From the NCBI RefSeq assembly GCF_006345805.1, contig NC_043013.1, positions 3,348,001 through 3,412,000 on the forward strand: a stretch of 64,000 bases of DNA, read 5' to 3'. Positions 26,495 through 39,814 of this stretch are shown here, one piece after another. The stretch is from Octopus sinensis. Taxonomy: Eukaryota. A program made the translations under genes and the position numbers. The notes beneath the pieces were generated by a model. It worked only from the letters and a program-made list of their open reading frames with translations. It did no database searches and was not told the origin of the DNA. Position 1 is the first letter of the stretch, and the number at the start of each line of letters is the position of its first letter.

Positions 26495-27390
26495 TCATTT
26501 CTTAGCGAGGTGTCCTTTCAGAGAGAGGCCGGAGTGGGCTGGTTGTATGTTTAGCCTTTCGCTTCTTATGGCTCTTCGGGTGGATGTAGTTATCCTCTTG
26601 CTAAAATGGAGTATTTTAAGGAAGCATGTGTTGCTGGGTTTTCTATGTGTTCTATGTGTTGGTCGTATAGGGTACTTAAGCCGATTTACAATGGATCTAG
26701 GGTACCCGTTGGTTTTCAATATATCTAGGAAGCGTGTAGTGTGGGTTACTTTGTCCTCGGTTCTGCTGCACTTACCCTGGATGCATGCGAGTTCATTTCT
26801 GGCGTATCCTATTTTGGCACCGGGTGGAAGTGCTGAATTGTTTTGGACAAACACATCTCTACTGGCTGCTTTCCTGTACAACTCGCTGTGGATCTCCCCT
26901 TCATCCATTATATTCAGTTTAAAGTCAAGTAGGGATAGCGATCCAGTGATGTCGGGATGTTCTATAGTGAACTTTATATTCATGTCCATGCTATTGAACG
27001 TCATGAATATTCTGTCAGCCTCTTCACGGGAGGATGTGAATATGAGGATGTCATCTACGTACCTGGTGAAGAAGGCGCATGAGCGGCAGGTGTTGAGTGC
27101 TCGACGTTCCAGATGGTTCATATAAGTGATGGCCCGAAAGACTGGATCCCATGGGGAGACCTGTTGTCTGTTTGTATGTGTGGTCCTGGAGAGAGAAGTA
27201 GGTGTTGTCCACGATGATGGACAAAAGTTGATGCATATCAGCTGTGGTAAGTCGAGGCAGTGGATGTCGGACGCTATTATGCAGTCCGTCAGTAGGTTGA
27301 CCGCCGAGTGTACTAGCACCGTTGTGTACATTAAGTCAACGCCAAGACTAAAGGTATATCTGCTTTGCATGAGTTGGTCTAGGGGCAATT
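26495..27390 (-). pseudogene. PLE reverse transcriptase, frameshifted and 5'-truncated
   Basis: NTYFSLQDHTYKQTTGLPMGSSLS (frame of 27051-27236) joined to YMNHLE...RYVDDIL...IKFTIE...LSLLD...LYRK...NGYP. Confidence 0.92.
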
Positions 27391-27467
27391 GGCGCTTCCA
27401 AAACATATATAAAAATAAAAAATAAAATCCGTTAGAAAACCGATTACAGCAGTGACTCCATCTAAGA

Positions 27468-27504
27468 ATATCTGAAGAAGGAATTTTATTCCGAAATATC
27501 ATAT
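27468..27504 (+). ncRNA. Minimal type I hammerhead ribozyme (inverted 5' repeat, antisense to the ORF)
   Basis: CTGAAGA 27472-27478, stem II GGAAT/ATTCC, GAAA 27493-27496, predicted AUC cleavage after 27500. Confidence 0.8.
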
Positions 27505-27607
27505 CAGACTATGGGTGACTAAATTACAACAGTTCTTATAGTTCAATGTTTGTATTATAGAGCATTGTTGCACCATTCAAAACTTTTTTATTTTATATAT
27601 ATAATAT

Positions 27608-27644
<37 letters not shown>

Positions 27645-27668
27645 ACACATATAATATATGTATATATA

Positions 27669-27713
<45 letters not shown>

Positions 27714-27734
27714 AATAAATGCGCCCTTTTTAAA

Positions 27735-27960
27735 GCCTAGCCAGGGTCATGGGCCCGGTTTCCGTGGCGTATGTGTTCCCCAGCTGGATGGGACGCCAGT
27801 CCATCGCAGCGTAACTCATTTTTGCCAGCTGAATGAACTGGAGCAACGTGAAATGAAGTGTTTTGCTCAAGAAAACAACGCGTCGCCCGGTCCAGGAATC
27901 GAAACCACAATCTTACGATCATGATGCTGACACCCTAACCACTAAGCCACGCACCTCCAC
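27735..27960 (-). mobile_element. SINE family C
   Basis: Minus strand reads tggcttagtggttagggtg (A-box), gtttcgattcc (B-box), then ttcttgagcaaaacactt body. Confidence 0.85.
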
Positions 27961-28893
27961 ATATATTTATATATAGCCAACTTCATTATTTTATAATTTT
28001 CACGTTACCATTTTACTGAATCAGCCATTGATTCTTTTACTGTCAGGTAGGACTTGGCTTAACCATCAGTGATGGTGTAGTACTACCGATGAACTTTAAT
28101 TCCAAGCGAAATTGGTTTGCCAATATAGTACGCTCGCTCGCTGTGTGGCAGTTTTCTCCTCTGTCAGTACGTAGACCTGTGCTTTTGTGGTTATAAAGGT
28201 CTTTGATTCTAGTAGTATAGGTGCTACCTTGCACCCTCAGTCACGAATAGTGGCGATTATATTTTTCATCTTTTGTTTTATCTTGTGTCTAGCCACCTTC
28301 ATTATTTTACGGACATATATAAATGTAAGATTCAGGGATCGAGATGTAGGAAGAACGTTAGCTTCAAGCAATCCGTAGTAAATATACTTTCAATGACCAC
28401 TAGTGGTTTATTGAGACAGAAAGTTGTGGATCTTTTCGTATCGAAGTATGATAAACTGAAAAAAGTTCCTTTTTATATTTCACGGTGGGCGACCAGGGTT
28501 GGCAGGTATGCGAATAAGAATACAAGATCGGGTTATATATGTTTCATACCGAGCAGAATCTCAGAAGTGGTAAATATCCAACAGATATGTACACTGCAGG
28601 TTACTCTTCAGGCCAATGATATTTTGGTTAAATGAAAGTTTACATTGTCACAAGGAGGTACATGTTAACATATGGAAGATTCAATCAGAATATATATGTG
28701 TGTGTATATTTGTGTGTGTTTGTGTGTGCGTGTATGTGTGTGTATGTGCGTGCGTGTGTGTATGTATTTGTGTGTGAATGTGTGTATGAGAGTCTTTGTG
28801 TACTTATTTACATAAATATATAGACATGTATATATATACACGCATACACACACATATATATACATACATATATACATATATATACATACATAT

Positions 28894-28961
<68 letters not shown>

Positions 28962-29355
28962 TGAAAGCAGGGAGATCTAATGGAGTATGAGTATTCCAAT
29001 GGATCATAATGTAATCCTTGTATTGTCCTTTGTACACCCTGATGATTTTCCATCCAAGATACTTAAAATGCAAATTATATTCATAATATATGTTCTGTAG
29101 CTTTAATTTTGTTTGTGAAGTGAGACAATTGTAGGTGAATATGTTTTCAAACTTAAATAATTTTGGTATTTTACGATATAAAAGGTTTAACTATTCTCAT
29201 TATGATATATATATATATATATATATATATAGATACCATATATATATTATATACGCCCACTATACATACATGTATATATATACTACATATATTTATATAT
29301 ACATATTTATTTATTTATATATTACATGTATGTGTACGTGTATATATATATATAT

Positions 29356-29397
<42 letters not shown>

Positions 29398-29410
29398 TAT
29401 ATAATATATA

Positions 29411-29466
<56 letters not shown>

Positions 29467-29691
29467 ATATTATATATATATACATACATACTTATACATA
29501 CGTTATCTGCAACGTGGTGCTCCAACATGGCCGCAGTAAAATGACTGAAACAAGCAAAAGAATAAAAGAATATCAATCAGGTCTAACCCCACAGCGTTAT
29601 ATGCATCTACATATCGTACTGTGGGGTCTTATTTATCGTATATTTATATATCTATCTATAAATATACAAAGTATCTGATAAAAGTCAATAT

Positions 29692-30318
29692 TCAATTTTG
29701 GGGGGATTAATCGATATGCGGGTATTCTATTTCAGACAATACCAAAATAACCTAATGAATATATCTGACAGTAAACTGACGGTATCAGTTTGCACATCAC
29801 GAAATGATATTTAAAGGATATAGCCAAAATTTCGAGCTGGGTCTATAATGTACTTCATTAATTATATCATACTGAAGTTTATTATTTCTATTAGTACTGT
29901 TGTTATTGTAGTATCATACAATTGTTTCTACCACTAGGACTTCTTATAAATGTCAGAAATGGATCTTTCAGGTAGGATTGAGATGATAGAGTGGAACTCA
30001 TCTTGGAAGGATATAGCTATGACCAACAGGAAATAATATATACAGGACCTAATTAGCAGCTAAAAAACTTTATAAACGGAATGAAATGGAAGGTCCACTA
30101 CTACAATAATAACAATCCTAATATAAGAATTAACTTTAGTATGATATAATTAATGAAATACATTATATAACCAGCTGGAAATTGTGGTTATATCCTTTAA
30201 GTATTGTTTCGTGATGTACAATCTGATACCATGAGTTTACTGTAAGATATACTCATTGGGTTATTTTTGTATTATCTGAAATAGAATGTCCGCATATCGA
30301 TTAATCCCCAAAAATTGT
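29692..30318. mobile_element. Old fold-back PLE fragment with about 220 bp inverted arms
   Basis: 29692-29912 is an imperfect reverse complement of 30105-30318. The spacer encodes a decayed PLE ORF N-terminus (KDIAMTNRK*YIQDLIS..NFINGMKWKVHYY). Confidence 0.7.
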
Positions 30319-30693
30319 ACATACATATATATATATGTGTGTGTCCGTGTGTGTGTGTAGGTATGTATGTATGTATATGATAAGGGTATAAAATTTAGAG
30401 AAATTTTCTACCGGTGGCCAGCATGGGTAATAAAATCATTAGACAACATATTTTTCATATAAAATATTGTTCAAATAATTTACGTATTTATACACAAAAG
30501 GCATTTTACACAAAAAGGACAGCTTACATGTTAGAAAGGGCTTTAACTGCCCTTTCTAGCATGTAAGGAGTCCTGTTAAAGGTCACCTATTTTGTGTATA
30601 AATACGTAAATTATTGTACACTATTTTGTATTCTATATACATATATATATATATATAGATATATATATATATAATATATATAAATATATATAT

Positions 30694-30738
<45 letters not shown>

Positions 30739-30932
30739 ATATATTATAATATATGTATGTATGTATGTATATAATATATAATGGAGTGGAATATACAACT
30801 TGAGTAACAACAAACGTTAGTACTATACATATATATATACATATATATATATATAACATATATATATATACATATATATATATATGTATAAACATATATA
30901 TATTTATACATATATATATATACATATATATA

Positions 30933-30969
<37 letters not shown>

Positions 30970-31007
30970 GATACACATATATGTATACATATATAATACA
31001 TTATAGA

Positions 31008-31249
31008 TATGTATGTATGTATGTATGTATGTGTGCATGTGTGTATGTATGTATGTATGTGTGTATGTATGTATGTATGTATGTATGTGTGTATGTGTGT
31101 ATGTATGTGTGTATGTATGTGTGTATGTATGTATGTATGTATGTATGTATGTATGTATGTATGTGTGTGTGTATGTGTGTATGTATGTATGTGTGTATGT
31201 ATGTATGTATGTATGTATGTATGTATGTGTGTATGTGTGTATGTATGTG

Positions 31250-31281
<32 letters not shown>

Positions 31282-31433
31282 TGTATGTGTGTATGTGTGT
31301 ATGTATGTATGTGTGTATGTATGTATGTATGTATGTATGTATGTATGTATGTATGTATGTATGTATGTATGTATGTATGTGTGTATGTGTGTATGTATGT
31401 ATGTATGTATGTATGTATGTATGTATGTATGTA
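31008..31433. repeat. (TATG)n/(TGTA)n microsatellite
   Basis: Directly visible. Confidence 0.97.
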
Positions 31434-31866
31434 TAAGAATCTTGAAAACCTGATATAGAACTCAATTCTGCCGACAGAAAAATTTGACTTTTCTGGTGTC
31501 TTTTATCCGTTGATATCTATACGAGTGGCGATATATATTTCTCCATAAATGTCCCTTCTCTGTCGCGAGAGGAGACTCAAAACCAAAAAAAAAAACCTCA
31601 ATGTAATCGCTGCTGAACAATTAGTGGATTTCTTTCATTGAAACACTTTTGATTCAGAACTAAAATGCAGCGTCTGAATATTTTGCTAATCGATAAATTT
31701 CATTCGTTCGAGAGAGTAATATGCGTGTGTGAATATATATATATATATTATATATATATATTATATATTATATAACGTCTGTCCCTTTGTCTACCTGTTA
31801 TATAATTCTGTCTCCTGTCCGTCTATGTGTCTTTCTGTTCCACTCCCGCTCGCTCCCATTTTACCC

Positions 31867-31941
<75 letters not shown>

Positions 31942-32499
31942 TCTCTCTCTCTCTCTCCATCTGTCTCATATCCGACGCGATTTCCTTATTTGTTCGCTGA
32001 TATTTGTCTCAGTCTTTCACAGAATCCCTTTTATTTTTCTATTTGTTTTTTAGTTGGTTTTTTTTTCTTCTCCATACCCCATATACCAACCTTCACATCC
32101 CTCATCCCTTTTCTTCTTCGCTAACCTCCAATTTTCGTCGCCTACCCCCAACTCTTTCTATTAAACAGTTTTACCATTATCATCCACCCGTTTCCTCCTC
32201 GTTCTCTCCCCTTTTTAAATGACTCTTCCTCCTTCTAACATCCATCATGTACCCCGACTAAGCTGCCACCTACTGGCGTGTAAACAGATAAAAATGGCTG
32301 AAGAGGAGTTAGTACAAATAGTGGTGGATTAATCCACACTGCCATAAATAACTACCACTCCATTCAGTACTACCACCAACACACAAGACCACTACTAAGC
32401 ACTAAATCACCACCCCCGCTCTATAAAATGCCCTCACCCCACCACCTTCCACTTTAGGGGACAATATTCTGCACCATTTCCACTTGACACAACTACCTT

Positions 32500-32621
32500 C
32501 ATTACTTGCTAATAATCACAGCCACCATTTCACACCACCAAACACTTGTATCTTCATCACCATCGCCACCACTCAGCCCACACCGTACAGGCACCACCAC
32601 CACCACCACCATCATCATTAA

Positions 32622-32677
<56 letters not shown>

Positions 32678-33706
32678 CCACCACCACCGCCTCCAATGCT
32701 TTTACACCATTTACACCACACCACCACCACCACCACTCCTATCCCCACCAACACAACTAGACCACAACCATCACCTCCACCACCCACACCACGCTGTATA
32801 GACACCACCAACACCACTACCACTACCACAACCTACACTGCACTGCCACTATCACCACTGGCACCAGCGCCGCCGACACGACACCACAACACAACCTCCT
32901 CCACCACCTTCGCAACACTCACCGCCACCACCACCACCACCACCACCACCACCACACCACCACCACCACCACCACAACTAGAATCATCACCAGATTTAGG
33001 AAGGAAAAGGATGCGATGAAGGTTGCAGTGTGTGCATGTCTTGCAGAATTGCAGCGTGCGTATGTGTGGGTGAGTGTGTGTGTGTATGTGTGTGTGTGTA
33101 TGTGTGCACAGTTGCATATGTTGCATAGATAGGGTCCTCCTTGCATACAGGAGAGGAGGGAGAGGAGGAGGCTGATTTCATTGGTTAGGGACCTAAGGGG
33201 ATGTCTTATAATAGCAACCAATGTGATGATGACAGCATCAGGTTGTTGTAGCTACTGTAATAGTAGATGATGGTGGGAGGGTCTCGGTGGTGGTGATGGG
33301 TACGGTAGGAGCGTTGGTGGCAGAGGTGGGGTGGGGAGTGGAAGTGATAATGGTGGTGTATAGTACAGGTGCTTGTAATGTATGGTGGTTGTGGTGGTAG
33401 TGGTGTGGCGTAGTGGAGCAGGTGTGGAATGTTACAGGTGGTCGTTGTGACAGTGGAGTGGTAGTGGTGGTGGTGGTGGTGGTGGTGGTGGTGGTGGTGG
33501 TGGTAGTGATGGTGGGGGGGGGGGTATAAAGTACAAGTGGTTGGCGTAGTGTAGGGATAGAGGTTAATGGTGAGTATGTCTCCGATGACGAAAGGGGGTG
33601 ATGAAATTGTGGAAAAAGGGGCTGGAATGGATACTAGAGATGATGATGACGACGACGACGATGGTGATGATGATGATGATGATGATGAGATGATGATGAC
33701 GACGAC

Positions 33707-33738
<32 letters not shown>

Positions 33739-33831
33739 CGACGACAATGATGATGATGATGACGATGATAATGATGGCGGCGGCGGCGGTGGCGGTGGTG
33801 GCAGTGGTGGTGGTGGTGGTGATTGATGACG

Positions 33832-33866
<35 letters not shown>

Positions 33867-34871
33867 CGACGACGACGACGATGACGACAATAATGATGGT
33901 GATGGTGAAGGTGATGGGGATAGCGATGGTGGCGGAGGTAATGTAGGGCTAGTTGATACAAGGTGGCGCTGGGTTGTTGGGCAAGTTTATATAAGAAGAG
34001 GGCTGGAGGTGGATGCTGAGAGGTAGTTTATGGTTAGTGGTCGTGACGGCGACGGCGACGGCGGCGGCGACGGCGGAGGCGGCATCGATGTCAGTGTGGG
34101 TCGTGGAAGTGGGTGGGGGTGATATTGGCGGGTAATTGTGATGGTACTGGCTGGTGGTGGTGGTGATGGTGGGGTGGTGGTGGTGGTTGGTGGTGGTGGC
34201 GTGCCACTGCAGCTGTTGATGGTAGTGATGGTACTTTAGGGCTAATTTATGTAAGATGAAGGATGTGACTGATTTTTCCTAAAAGGTATTTAACACCTTT
34301 TAGACGTAGAATAATAATCAACGCCAACAACAACAACAACAGCATCAACAAAAACAATAACAACAACAACGAACTCTTACCAGAAGGAAGCGTGATGTGA
34401 TTGGGTCGAGCCTTGCCATACGGCGATTACTTACATGCCTAGGGCTACACAGAAACAACGACAAGGCCATCGATTTGAATGCCTCTGCGCAGGGTCTCGA
34501 ACTGCTGTAATAACAACCAAATTCCCTTCAAATCATACCTACAGATTTTAAAGTAAGATTTTCAAAAAGATATCCCAATCGACAGTATGGTCATAACTGG
34601 AATACTTTTGAATATAGGTCTACTTCTTTATTACTGATCTGGGGATAAACAACATCACGACTAAGAAAAAAACTTGATTAGTATTATCGCAAACAGCAGC
34701 AGCAGCATAACTACCTGCAATAGCAACAATAAAAAAAAACCAACGTTGTAAATTGAAAAAATATAAAAAGACACCAGCTGCAACATCTGGAAGAGCATGG
34801 ATGAAAAAAAAACAATAGAAAGAAAGAAACAAACGCAATAACGAAGACAACAACAACAAGAACAACAACAA

Positions 34872-34903
<32 letters not shown>

Positions 34904-35250
34904 ATGGCAGTAAGAATATGCAACAATATACTACACAGCAAAAACAAAATCTACAAAACTAATGCAGCAACATCGTCATCAACATGAACAACAACAACAA
35001 CAACGTAATAAAGAAAAGCATTAACAGCAAACAGTGCTAGTAGCAGCTATAACAACAACAACAGCAACAACAGCAATAACAACGGCATTAACGACAACAA
35101 CAATAACTGAAGCAACCACAACAACAATATAATCAAGAAAAACGTTGACAGCAACACTGATAGTGCCAGCTGTAACAACAACAACAACAACAACAACAGC
35201 AACAACAACAACAGCAACAACAACAACAACAACAGTAGCAGCTGCAACAT
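32500..35250. repeat. Extended low-complexity block of CAC/CAT, GTG/GAT and CAA/CAG trinucleotide repeats
   Basis: Directly visible; source of the poly-H/T/D/M/Q ORFs. Confidence 0.9.
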
Positions 35251-35853
35251 TGGGATTTGAAAAAAAAAATTAAAGAATCGAATGAAAGAAGCGAATAATA
35301 TAAAAGAAGAAAAAAAGTTTTGTTTGGGTTGATTTTTGTTTTAGCTTTTGTCTTGTTTTGCTTTGTTTTGTTTTTTTGTTTTTTTGCCCTTCAATTTCGG
35401 TGATTGAATTAGTTGAGTCGTCTCATCCCAATAAAATTTATCGATTACTTCAAGCTGTATTATCGTTAGCAATCAGTCTCCGAGTTGCATTTGCCCAAAT
35501 ATCTGCGAAAACTAATTTGCCGCCATGAAAACGCTATTTTTCAATAAAAGCAGACGACATGTTGAATAGAGAGCTCCTTCAATTACATATATCAAACTGG
35601 GCAAGCTACTTTGGATAACAATTGTAGGAAAATTATTCTTATTAACAACGGTGACACGACACCAGACAGTTTTCTATATTCTGTCGGATGGGATGGTGGT
35701 GCGGTTATTATATTGCAAAATTCTTGGATCGAGTCTTACTGACTCTAAGTCTTTGCTTTTCATCTCCTGTATCACTTGCCATCGCCCTCTCTCATTCCAA
35801 TTAGTATTTGTCTCCTTTGTAATTGGTCTAATGTACAAATAGTTACGCGCACA

Positions 35854-35905
<52 letters not shown>

Positions 35906-36218
35906 ACACACTCACTCACACACAAACACTCGATTATGTGCCCAGAAGAATTAGCAAGCGTTAATAATTTACATTTTTCTACTCATTGATTAAGAAAAAC
36001 TTAACGTGGTTGGGCGAGGGGGGAACGCTAAATTGATGCCTTAGCAGTCTTCTCGTCATACTTGTTGGATGCGATTACAAGGGAAGAGGCGATTAATCTG
36101 GCACACACATACATACACACGCATGCATACACACATACATATATGCATGCATGCATACATACAAAGGTACACGCATACATGCATGCATATATACACGCAT
36201 ATATATATATATATTATA

Positions 36219-36250
<32 letters not shown>

Positions 36251-36251
<1 letters not shown>

Positions 36252-36465
36252 ACGGGAAGGTTTACGAAAATAGACAAAAGACGAAGGCAGGTGGAGTACA
36301 AACAAACAAATGTATTAGTATGGCGCTCAGGAATAGAAATAGAAAAAGTCTTTTACGTTTCGAGCCAACGCTCTTCTACAGAAAGATACACAGAAAAAAA
36401 CAAGGAGAGAAACAAGGAGAGAGAAAAAAATGGGTGTAGGAGCTAACGATCTATCATGGCGTCCT
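36251..36465 (-). mobile_element. Solo PLE terminal repeat with HHR variant (CUGUAGA)
   Basis: Same family and same end (ctatcatggcgtcc) as the 16938 copy. Confidence 0.88.
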
Positions 36466-36629
36466 ATATATATACAAATAAGAAAATGGAGGAACAGATT
36501 CCTTTCAATCATCGACTTACAGATATTACCAATTCATATTATTTATTAACTACTTAAATAGGAACATCCAAATCCAACAGAATAAAACAATATACATCAA
36601 TAAGTATATATATATATATATATATATAT

Positions 36630-36677
<48 letters not shown>

Positions 36678-37205
36678 TGTGTGTGTGTGTATACATAAAT
36701 ATATGTGTGCGTGCATGTATATATGCATGTATGCATGCCTGAATGCATATAAGTATGCGTGTATGCATGTGTGTATATGTATATGTTTGCCAGGTTAATT
36801 GCCCTTTCCCTTGTAATCGCATGCAACAAGTATGGCGAGAAGTCTGCTAAGACATCATATATATTATACATTCATGCATGCAAGTAGTTTATCTCGGATC
36901 AACCTTTATCCTAGCTCTCGTTTTGAAATGTGTCTTTGTAATCCAGTTCAAGAAATATGTACAAACTAACTGATGGACAAAAGGATAAAGAACTGACTAA
37001 AACACCTAAATGTGACAACTCTTGCAAACTCGGTGAAACTGTAACCGAAGATGTGACTCACATCATTAGCAGCAGTCGAAAACTGTCTCTAAGACATACT
37101 ATGATACTATCTACCTGCTTGTTAGATATAATGTCGTGACGAAAACATTATATAACACAATTCCTTTAAAGAATCGTACAGTTGGTCAAACTATGAGAAA
37201 GTAAA

Positions 37206-38442
37206 TTAGGTTGGCAAGTAAGTTCCCACCGTTTTTTAAAATTAAATTTTTTTAAAAGGCTTAATAAAAAATAAGAACTAATTAATCAATAATGTATTCA
37301 CCCTTGTTGTTTACAACTTCTTCCCAACGTTCAACAAGATTTTCAATACTTCGTTGGTAGAAATCACCCGATTTCGACTCGAAAAATCGATCCAATCAAG
37401 CTGTCGATTCTGCATCAGTATTGAACGAAACTCCGCACATAGCATTTGAAAGAGATCGAAAGAGGTGGAAATCCGTTGGTGCCAAATCAGGAGAGTACGG
37501 CGGGTGTGGCAGCACTTCCCAGCCATGCGTTTGAATGGCTTCCTTGGTCATGTTGGCGATATGAGGGCGGGCTTTGTCGTGCAGCAGAACTCTATGCTGC
37601 CGATTAGGTCTTTTCTCTTGAATAGCCGTGTTGAGTCGTTCCATCTGTGGAAAACGGAGTTCCGTGTCGACCGTTTGGTTCCGTTCAAGCAATTCGTAAT
37701 GGATAATCCCTTCCTAGTCCCACCATATACACAACATCGTTTTACGCGGATGAAGATCTTGTTTCACGCGTGGTGTCGCTTGTTTACCGGGGCTAAGCCA
37801 TTCCTTACGCTGCTTCATATTGATGTACAGGCACCATTCTTCGTCGCCAATAACGATTCGGTAAAGAAATCGTTGCTTGTGTCCATGAGTTGAGCGTTAA
37901 AGCATGAGGAACCCATGCTCCATACTTCTGAACCTTTCCCATCGAGTGTAGATGCTTCTCTATAGCAGTGTGGGAGCATTTCATTTTCTCTGCCAGTTCC
38001 CTTGTCGTTTGACGAGAATTTTCGTGCAAAAGTTGGTTTAATCGCTCTTCATCGAACTCAACTGGACGGCCAGAACGAGGTGCGTCTTTGAGGTCAAAAT
38101 TTCCATTTCTGAACTTGGCATACCAATCACGAGCGATTCTTTCAGCTATGGCACCCTCTCCATAGACAGCACAAATGTCGAGAGCATCTTTTGCGGCCTT
38201 AGAACCTTGATTAAAAACAAAAAGGAGGTGTTGAAAATGCTCGTTTTTCTTAACTTGACAATCCATTTTAATGATCTAAAAATAAATAAAAATTAACTAA
38301 AATTAACTAGAAAAAAAAAACAAAATAGATTCCAAAATGATTCCAAAATAGAATTCTCGAAAAAAATAGATTCCAAAATTTAAAAACGCAATAAATTCTA
38401 AAATTTAAAAAGAAAACGGCGGGAACTTAGTTACCAACCCAA
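37206..38442 (-). mobile_element. Near full-length mariner (DD34D-type) transposon with frameshifted transposase
   Basis: TIRs ttaggttggcaagtaagttcccaccgttt and aaacggcgggaacttagttaccaacccaa. Transposase motifs: EHFQHLL..F..G, RSGRP, WVPHAL, LLHDKARPH, HPPYSPDLAPTDFHLF. Confidence 0.95.
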
Positions 38443-38794
38443 TAGATATATAGAAGTTATACACTTGGGTAGTGTGAAATAATACTCGTCGGCGGTTTTA
38501 TTTGAAGTCTCTGTAAAATGAAGGTTTAACCGAACAGATATCATTATCTGATACCGAGAAAATAAACTGTACATGCATGTAGAAATCCGTTATCCAACAG
38601 ATGTTAACATAATGTTAAAAGATCGGAAAAGAAAACATCTGTAGCGAACTAATGAGAATACTACAGACACAGCTAATTAAGTAAGTACTTGAAGGCTACT
38701 GTAAAAATAGAAAAACATTCCAGATGTTTTGGTCTGTGGCGAATACAAATGCACATGTGTAGATATACACGCTCTGCTGCTATTTATATTCGCA

Positions 38795-38960
38795 GGTGTG
38801 GTTGTGTGGTAAAAAAAATTAGCTTCCCAACCACATGTTTGTCCAAAGTTCTGTCCCACCATATGGCACCTTGGACAAGTGTCTTCTACTATGGCCCCGA
38901 CCGACGAAAGTCTTTTGAATGAATTTGGTAGACGGAAACTGAAAGAAGCCCGTCGTATAT
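38795..38960 (+). mobile_element. SINE family B, 5' part
   Basis: caccttggacaagtgtcttctact and gacggaaactgaaagaagcccgtcg. Confidence 0.8.
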
Positions 38961-39280
38961 ATGTACATGTGTGTCCGTATAAGATAAACAGAGATATACA
39001 GAGGAGCTTATAAATGTGTGTGTGTATTTGTGTGTGTGTGTGTGTGTGTGTGAAAACATCCAGATCCACTCTTGTAATAACATTTACGTACATATGGATG
39101 CAAATGTACAAATAAAAGACGAGGAAATAAGTGTTATATGAAACCATTGTGAATCCATTGACTATGGTGGTTACTGTAGAAGGGAACTCCTACTACTCGT
39201 TATGGACTGAGTGAGGTAAATATTTTTTTGTTTCATGTATATTACTAAAATGCTCAAAAGTGACATCAATATCCAAACGT

Positions 39281-39494
39281 CCGCAAGCGGCGAGCTAGCG
39301 CAATCGTTAGCAAGCCGTGCAAAATGCTTAGCGGCATTTCGTCTATCTTTACGTTCTGAGTTCAAATTCCGACGACGTCAACATTGCCTTTCATTCTTTC
39401 GGGGATGATAAAATAAGTACCAGTTGAGCACTGGGGTCGATGTAATCGATTATCTGCTCCCTTACATTGCTGGCCTTGTGCCATAATTTGAAAC
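39281..39494 (+). mobile_element. SINE family A with TSD
   Basis: 14 bp TSD caatatccaaacgt at 39267-39280 and 39495-39508. Confidence 0.92.
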
Positions 39495-39586
39495 CAATAT
39501 CCAAACGTTCTATATCTGTTACCTTTGACTATTTACGAGATCTCTATGGTATCGAGAAGCTTTAAGCAAGCTTAATCTTACTTATT

Positions 39587-39814
39587 TATTTCTTTATTGC
39601 CCACAGGGGGCTAAACACAGAGGGGACAAACAATGCCAGACAATGGGATTAAGTCGATTATATCGACCCCAGTGCGTAACTGGTACTGAATTTATCGACC
39701 CCGAGAGGATGAAAGGCAAAGTCGACCTCGGCGGAATTTGAACTCAGAACGTAACGACAGACGAAATATGGCCAAGCATTTCGCCCATCATGCTAATGAT
39801 TCTGCCAGCTCACC
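39587..39814 (-). mobile_element. SINE family A with TSD
   Basis: 17 bp TSD gcttaatcttacttatt at 39570-39586 and 39815-39831. Confidence 0.92.

Larger units (their letters stand above)
25715..27592 (-). mobile_element. Penelope-like element (RT + GIY-YIG) bounded by about 200 bp inverted terminal repeats
   Basis: RT and endonuclease ORFs on the minus strand; 25715-25915 is the reverse complement of 27392-27592. Confidence 0.92.

Noticed and set aside
28187-28635. GPCR TM6/TM7-like peptides
   Set aside because: The resemblance needs a frameshift and lacks CWxP/NPxxY; too weak to call.
34300-35250. Poly-Q coding exon
   Set aside because: CAA/CAG runs are interrupted by stops and frame changes, with no splice context.
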